A program made the translations under genes and the position numbers. Of a stretch of 47,738 nucleotides of DNA, positions 42,846-47,738 are shown piece by piece; positions within the stretch are counted from its first letter, which is position 1, and each line of letters opens with the position of its first letter. The notes beneath the pieces were generated by a model. That model had not been told where the DNA came from, ran no database searches, and worked only from the letters and a program-made list of their open reading frames with translations. Source of the stretch: an uncultured Candidatus Saccharibacteria bacterium (GTDB lineage: Bacteria; Patescibacteriota; Minisyncoccia; Minisyncoccales; PEYH01); assembly GCA_964422845.1 (NCBI GenBank), contig CAYRCT010000001.1, positions 1 through 47,738 on the forward strand, given 5' to 3'.

Positions 42846-44606
42846 TTAACTTAATTTTGCCTTAATTCTTCTAATCCCAGAGCCAACCGACTCCTGTTTA
42901 ATAATCTTAAATTGCCCAAGTTCGCCAGTGCGACCAACGTGCGGTCCAGCGCAAATTTCTTTAGAAAAATCACTTATTGAATAAACGCTCACTGTTTCTG
43001 GATATTTCTTTTTAAAAAATGATAAAGCTCCGCTTTTAATTGCTTGCTGAAGTGATAATTTTTCTTTCCTAATTTCTAAATTTTCTTTAATCTTTTCATT
43101 AATTAAATCCTCTACTTTTTCTATTTCTTGGTTAGTCAATTTTCTATCAAAGGAAAAATCAAATCTTAATCGTTCTTTTGTAATATCGGAACCCATTTGT
43201 CTTACATTATTCGTTAAAATCTTCCGTAAAGCAGAATGTAAAAGATGTGTGGCAGTATGTAATTTAATGGCTTCTTTGTTTTCTACCTCTTTTCCAATGC
43301 CGCCAAACTTCTTTTCTGCCCCTGCCCGAGAAATCTCCTGATGTTTATTCCGTTCATTTCTAAATCCTTTTTCGTCCACTAAAAATCCTTTTTCTTTAGC
43401 AAGCTCTTCGGTAAGCTCTAAGGGGAATCCATAAGTTTCGAAAAGATTGAATGTCTCCTCTCCGCTAATCATTGTTTTTTCTTTTTTGTTTGCTAAAAGT
43501 TTTTCAAATTGAATTAATCCTCTGTCTAGTGCTTTACTAAAATCTTCTTCTTCTTTTTGAATAACTCTAAGAATGTCTTTTTCTTTAAATTCTAGTTCTG
43601 GATAAACATTTTTATAAAGTTCAATCACTTTTTTAGCTAAATCGGTTAAAAGATTTTCGCTACCATTTAAAACCTTTTTGCATCTTATGGCTTTTCTTAA
43701 TAATCTCCTTAAAATATATCCTTTGTCAACCTTGGAAGGCATAATTCCCCCGCTTATTAAAAAAGAAGCTCCTTTAATATGGTCAGCAATAATTCTTGCT
43801 TCTTTAGATCTTTCATCCTTGCCAATTATATTAATAAGCGGCTTAAATAAATCTGTTTCAAAAATTGTCTCCTTGCCTTGACTTGCAGCAGCTAATCGTT
43901 CCAATCCTAGACCAGTGTCAACCCCCTTTTTCCCTCCTTTTTCTCCTATAGAAAAAATATCCTTATTACTATCTTGATAATACTCATTAAAAACTAAACT
44001 CCATAATTCAACAAATCTTCCGCAATCACAACCCACTGAACATTCTTTTCCTTTTTCGCAAGGTTTGTTTCTTAATTCAAAATAAATATCTATTGTTGGT
44101 CCACAGGGACCTTCTATACCTGTTGGTCCCCAAAAATTATCTTTTCTTCCCATGGCAATAATTCTCTGCTCTGGAATATTATTGCTTATTAAAATTTCTT
44201 TTGATTTAATATCCTCTGGCGCCTGCAAATCACCTTTAAAATAGCTAAACCACATTTTATCCATTGGCAATTTACATTTCTCAAGAAAAAATTCAAGCGC
44301 CAATTTAACTGTATCTTCTTTAAAATAATCGTCAAAACTAAAATTGCCGAGCATTTCAAAAAAAGTAAGATGGCTATTATCTCCAACATCGTCAATGTCA
44401 GAGGTTCTTAAACATTTCTGACAACTTGCTACTTTCTTACCGTAAAGCGATTTTTCCTCCAGATAATATGGCTTAAATTGCTGCATTCCAGAAGTAGTAA
44501 AAAGAACTGATGGATCGCTGGGAATCAGCGAAAAAGAAGGCACAATTTTATGTCCTTTTTTCTCAAAAAAATCCAAAAATTCTTGACGCAGAAGATTAGA
44601 ATCCAT
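42846..44606 (-). CDS. alaS: Alanyl-tRNA synthetase, short form without the C-Ala domain
   Basis: The catalytic N-terminus is present (FTTSGMQQFKPYY). The editing-domain zinc motifs HTATHLLHSAL and CAGPHV are present. It is 586 aa. Confidence 0.9.
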   Translation of the reverse strand: MDSNLLRQEFLDFFEKKGHKIVPSFSLIPSDPSVLFTTSGMQQFKPYYLEEKSLYGKKVASCQKCLRTSDIDDVGDNSHLTFFEMLGNFSFDDYFKEDTVKLALEFFLEKCKLPMDKMWFSYFKGDLQAPEDIKSKEILISNNIPEQRIIAMGRKDNFWGPTGIEGPCGPTIDIYFELRNKPCEKGKECSVGCDCGRFVELWSLVFNEYYQDSNKDIFSIGEKGGKKGVDTGLGLERLAAASQGKETIFETDLFKPLINIIGKDERSKEARIIADHIKGASFLISGGIMPSKVDKGYILRRLLRKAIRCKKVLNGSENLLTDLAKKVIELYKNVYPELEFKEKDILRVIQKEEEDFSKALDRGLIQFEKLLANKKEKTMISGEETFNLFETYGFPLELTEELAKEKGFLVDEKGFRNERNKHQEISRAGAEKKFGGIGKEVENKEAIKLHTATHLLHSALRKILTNNVRQMGSDITKERLRFDFSFDRKLTNQEIEKVEDLINEKIKENLEIRKEKLSLQQAIKSGALSFFKKKYPETVSVYSISDFSKEICAGPHVGRTGELGQFKIIKQESVGSGIRRIKAKLS

Positions 44607-44617
44607 TATTAATTCTT

Positions 44618-45127
44618 TTAACTAAACCTGTCGGCAACAATTGAAGCAACATATGCATCTGGTTTTATCTTTGCCTCAAAACCATTACTATTAATTAAAC
44701 CAACTAACTCTTTTATCATATCGCGAGTGGCTCCATTCTTGCCAATATCAGCATGTATGTAACGAAATTGATAATTAGGCAAATCATTAAGAGAAGGGGC
44801 CTTTTTTTCAATTGCCTCTCTCAAAACTAGTGCTAATCGACAAGAAAGCAAAACTTCTTCTAGAATTCGTTCGTGAAGATTGTGAAATTTCCGATTTTTA
44901 TATTTTACTTTTTTCAAAAAAAATCTCCCTCCCCAACCCTTTCTCAAAACAACTATAGCGATAGGAAAAGACGGCTCCTCTGAAGAAGAGGAATCGCATC
45001 CCACAATGATTTCGTAATTATGTTCCGGCTGTTCTTGAATGTATAAAAAGATTTCATCTAAAACTTTTTGGAAATCTAGATCTCCCTTTGTAGGGTTATA
45101 AAATTTTCCTGATATTATGTCTTCCAC
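44618..45127 (-). CDS. YkuK/DUF458-like (RNase H-like fold) protein
   Basis: It has IVGCDSS near the N-terminus and C-terminal AKIKPDAYVAS..ADR. These resemble my recollection of B. subtilis YkuK. Confidence 0.5.
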   Translation of the reverse strand: MEDIISGKFYNPTKGDLDFQKVLDEIFLYIQEQPEHNYEIIVGCDSSSSEEPSFPIAIVVLRKGWGGRFFLKKVKYKNRKFHNLHERILEEVLLSCRLALVLREAIEKKAPSLNDLPNYQFRYIHADIGKNGATRDMIKELVGLINSNGFEAKIKPDAYVASIVADRFS

Positions 45128-45140
45128 GATTTGAATTTTA

Positions 45141-45884
45141 TCAAAATTTCTTTAAAATAGCAATAAATTCGTTAACTTTTAGAGAAGCACCGCCGACAAG
45201 CACTCCATTCATCGTCGATTCCTTGATATAGCCCTCAATGGTAGAAAAATTGACACTTCCTCCGTAAATAATTTTCACTTTTTTTAATATCTGTTGGTTA
45301 TAGAGACTTGCTAAAATTTTTTTTATTAGAAGACTTATACTCATCGCCTCATCATAGGCACAATTTTCCCCTGTGCCAATTGCCCAAATCGGCTCATAGG
45401 CAATTATAATTTTTTCTACTTGATTTCTGGAAATATTCTCTAATCCCTCTCTTATCTGTGTTTTTAAAATTTGAAATGTTTTGCCCGTTTCTTTTTGCTC
45501 TTCAGTTTCTCCAATACAAAAAATAGGTACAACTTTTTGACCTAAACAGGCTGTTATCTTCTTATTGACCGTTCTATTTGTTTCTCCCATAATCCTTTTC
45601 TCGCTATGCCCTACTATAGCGTACCTACAGCCAACATCTTTAAGCATTCTAGCCGAGACTTGTCCAGTAAAAGCTCCTTCTCTCCAAAAAACATCCTGGC
45701 TTCCCAACTTTATTCTTTTCCCTATTATTTTTCTTAGTTCAGATAAAAAAATAAAAGGTGGACAAATGACTATATCTACTTTTCTTTTTTTGTCTAATCC
45801 CTTTTTTATTCTAAGCAAAAGACTCTTCGCTTCAGTAAGAGTTGAGGGATTTGCTTTCCAGTTGGCAATAATCAAGGGTCTCAT
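45141..45884 (-). CDS. tpiA: Triosephosphate isomerase
   Basis: It has the ANWK, GHSEKR, AYEPIWAIGTG and GGAS motifs. Confidence 0.93.
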   Translation of the reverse strand: MRPLIIANWKANPSTLTEAKSLLLRIKKGLDKKRKVDIVICPPFIFLSELRKIIGKRIKLGSQDVFWREGAFTGQVSARMLKDVGCRYAIVGHSEKRIMGETNRTVNKKITACLGQKVVPIFCIGETEEQKETGKTFQILKTQIREGLENISRNQVEKIIIAYEPIWAIGTGENCAYDEAMSISLLIKKILASLYNQQILKKVKIIYGGSVNFSTIEGYIKESTMNGVLVGGASLKVNEFIAILKKF

Positions 45885-46942
45885 ATTGTCTGTTTTTTCA
45901 GATATTCCGCCGCTTTTTCCGGCTCAATAGTAGAAATTTCAATGCCAGTACACATTTCGAAACCAGCCATAGTCGCCGTTTTCGGCGCAACAACCCAGTG
46001 CCAATGATAATAATCGTGATTCCTGCCATCGCAAGGCGCAGTGTGAAGATAAAAATTATAAGAAGGATCGTCTAATCCTTTATTGAGCTTTCTTAGCACA
46101 ACAAAAAATGCTTCTGCCAAATATTTTTTTTGCTCGTCTGTAATCCTTTCAAAATAAGGAGAATGCTCTTTCGGGGTAATAGAAATTTGAAAAGCAGAAG
46201 TAGACGCAAAGGGACAAATAACCAAGAATTCTTTGTTCTCAAATATTAAACGCTTTTTATTCTTTCTATCGTCTTCATTCATTAAACAATAGGCACACTT
46301 TTTGTGATGCTTATAATATTCTTTCGCACCGGTTAAACTCCTTTTAATTTTAGGATCAAGTACGGGCGTAGCAATAATTTGAGAATGCGGATGAGCTACA
46401 GATGCTCCAGCTTCAACACCGTGATTATGAAAAATAGAAATATAATTAAAATGTGGTTCTTTCATCAACTCAACGTATCTCGCTTGATAAACATCTAAAA
46501 CCTCTTTAACTTCTTCAAGATTAAATCCTGCTATTTGGCGAGTATGATCTCGCGTTACCACAACCTCAGCTGAACCATAAGCATTCATAAGAGAGTGAAT
46601 CCCCTCTTTTCTAATATCGCGTCCGTTTTCTTTTGAAAAAGCGGGATATTTATTTGGAATAACAACTACTGTCCAATCTTTAGGAATCCTTGGTCTTTTA
46701 TTCTTTCCATTATCATAAAAATATAATTTTAATTTTCCTTTGCGAGAAATCAAAAGAGGCGGTGCTTGTGTCTTGATGTTGCAAAAAAAACAATCTTTTT
46801 TAGGAACTGTTTTTATTATCCTCTTTTCTTTTTTGAAGGTTTCTGGTCTTTGAGCTCTACCAGTGGCAATGACAACCCAATCACCAGATATTAGCGAGAA
46901 ACGAAGTTCTGAAGAAATTTTTGGTTTTTTAGTGCTTGACAT
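45881..46942 (-). CDS. galT: Galactose-1-phosphate uridylyltransferase-family (HIT superfamily) enzyme
   Basis: It has an N-terminal CxxC (CFFCN) and the active-site motif HPHSQI. Confidence 0.8.
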   Translation of the reverse strand: MSSTKKPKISSELRFSLISGDWVVIATGRAQRPETFKKEKRIIKTVPKKDCFFCNIKTQAPPLLISRKGKLKLYFYDNGKNKRPRIPKDWTVVVIPNKYPAFSKENGRDIRKEGIHSLMNAYGSAEVVVTRDHTRQIAGFNLEEVKEVLDVYQARYVELMKEPHFNYISIFHNHGVEAGASVAHPHSQIIATPVLDPKIKRSLTGAKEYYKHHKKCAYCLMNEDDRKNKKRLIFENKEFLVICPFASTSAFQISITPKEHSPYFERITDEQKKYLAEAFFVVLRKLNKGLDDPSYNFYLHTAPCDGRNHDYYHWHWVVAPKTATMAGFEMCTGIEISTIEPEKAAEYLKKQTI

Positions 46943-47657
46943 ATTTACCTAAAATTAAATTTTTTCTAAGTTTAATCATATCCAAAAACATTTTAATAAC
47001 ATTCTTTAATTTAACCTTGCTTTCTAAATCGTTGACCCATCTTATCGGAACTTCTTTAATCTTATAACCCAATCGTTTTGCTAAAATTAAACTTTCAACA
47101 TCGAAATTAAAACCATCTGTCTTTACTTTAGAAAAAATATCTTCTGTTGCCTTGGCAGTGAAACCCTTAAATCCACATTGAGTATCCTCAATTTTCCAAA
47201 GACCAATAATAAACTTTCTAATTAGTTTAAAACTATCTCCAAAAATAACCTTTCTTATCCATGGTTGAGGCGGATCAAGAACCGCTCCCTTAACGTCCCG
47301 AGAACCGATGACAACATCGAAGTCCTGCTCAAACCAGGGCCACATTTTTTCTACTTGATCAACAGAAGTAGAATTATCTGCATCTGTAAATAATCTATAG
47401 TTCCCTTTTGCCTCAAGTATGCCTTGCCTGACTACATATCCTTTGCCGTGATTCTCTTTGTTATCAATTAATCTTAAATTAGGAATTTTAGATTCTAAAT
47501 CTTTTACAACTTGAGCGGTGTTATCTTTAGAACCATCGCTAACAACTATTATTTCATAATCGTAGTTTTGTTTTGTAAGATAAGTGCTAATAGAACTAAG
47601 GGTTTTTGGTACTCTCTTTTCTTCGTTATAAGCGGGAATAACAACAGATAATTTCAT
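46929..47657 (-). CDS. Family 2 glycosyltransferase (polyprenyl-phosphate glycosyltransferase-like)
   Basis: It has the GT-A fold motifs SVVIPAYNEE, VSDGSKD and DAD, and is about 240 aa as in Dpm1/GtrB-like enzymes. Confidence 0.8.
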   Translation of the reverse strand: MKLSVVIPAYNEEKRVPKTLSSISTYLTKQNYDYEIIVVSDGSKDNTAQVVKDLESKIPNLRLIDNKENHGKGYVVRQGILEAKGNYRLFTDADNSTSVDQVEKMWPWFEQDFDVVIGSRDVKGAVLDPPQPWIRKVIFGDSFKLIRKFIIGLWKIEDTQCGFKGFTAKATEDIFSKVKTDGFNFDVESLILAKRLGYKIKEVPIRWVNDLESKVKLKNVIKMFLDMIKLRKNLILGKYVKH

Positions 47658-47738
47658 AAAATTATATTAATAATTTATCGTCAATTAATCATTCTTCTAT
47701 TGTATCAGAAAATTGAAAAAAATAAAGCGAGAGACACT

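Noticed and set aside
1-47738. CRISPR arrays, transposases, integrases, prophage genes, rRNA genes
   Set aside because: I scanned by eye and found no regularly spaced direct repeats, no recombinase or transposase motifs in any ORF, and no rRNA-like conserved strings. The only sizeable repeat is the 70-bp intergenic pair reported above.

Overview
This is a 47.7-kb, very AT-rich, gene-dense chromosomal segment. Hand counts give about 20-35% GC in typical genes. It holds about 50 protein genes and 3 tRNA genes, mostly on the minus strand. I saw no rRNA, CRISPR array, transposase or integrase. The content is mainly informational and envelope housekeeping: dnaE, thrS, miaB-miaA, gatB, glyA, a thymidylate-cycle operon, secE-nusG-rplK, gyrB, pheST, tmk, gatCA, two mreB paralogues, proS, rseP, frr, holB, murA, rpsI-rplM, infA-rpmJ-rpsM, rpsK-rpsD-rpoA-rplQ, alaS, tpiA and galT. 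Shortened aminoacyl-tRNA synthetases, tight gene overlaps and absent Shine-Dalgarno (SD) sequences on most genes suggest a reduced-genome bacterium, possibly CPR/Patescibacteria-like; that is inference only. The points most worth a second look are these. (1) A tRNA(CAU) gene is split by a 247-nt group I intron inserted right after the anticodon. (2) A thymidylate-synthase homologue carries Asp at the Asn177 pyrimidine-discriminating position, the dCMP-specific signature. It sits in an overlapping operon with a DHFR-like gene, an atypical Dcd/Dut-family protein and a dCMP deaminase. (3) A roughly 440-nt GC-rich, highly structured RNA or leader of unknown class lies directly upstream of murA and contains two SD-led mini-ORFs. 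(4) A 70-bp repeat, 69/70 identical, with an AGAACCTTGA promoter-like motif lies upstream of two translation operons. (5) Several standalone GC-richer cassettes have consensus SD sequences, unlike the surrounding genes. (6) RpoA has its alpha-CTD replaced by a lysine-rich tail. All family assignments come from motif recognition by eye; no searches were run.
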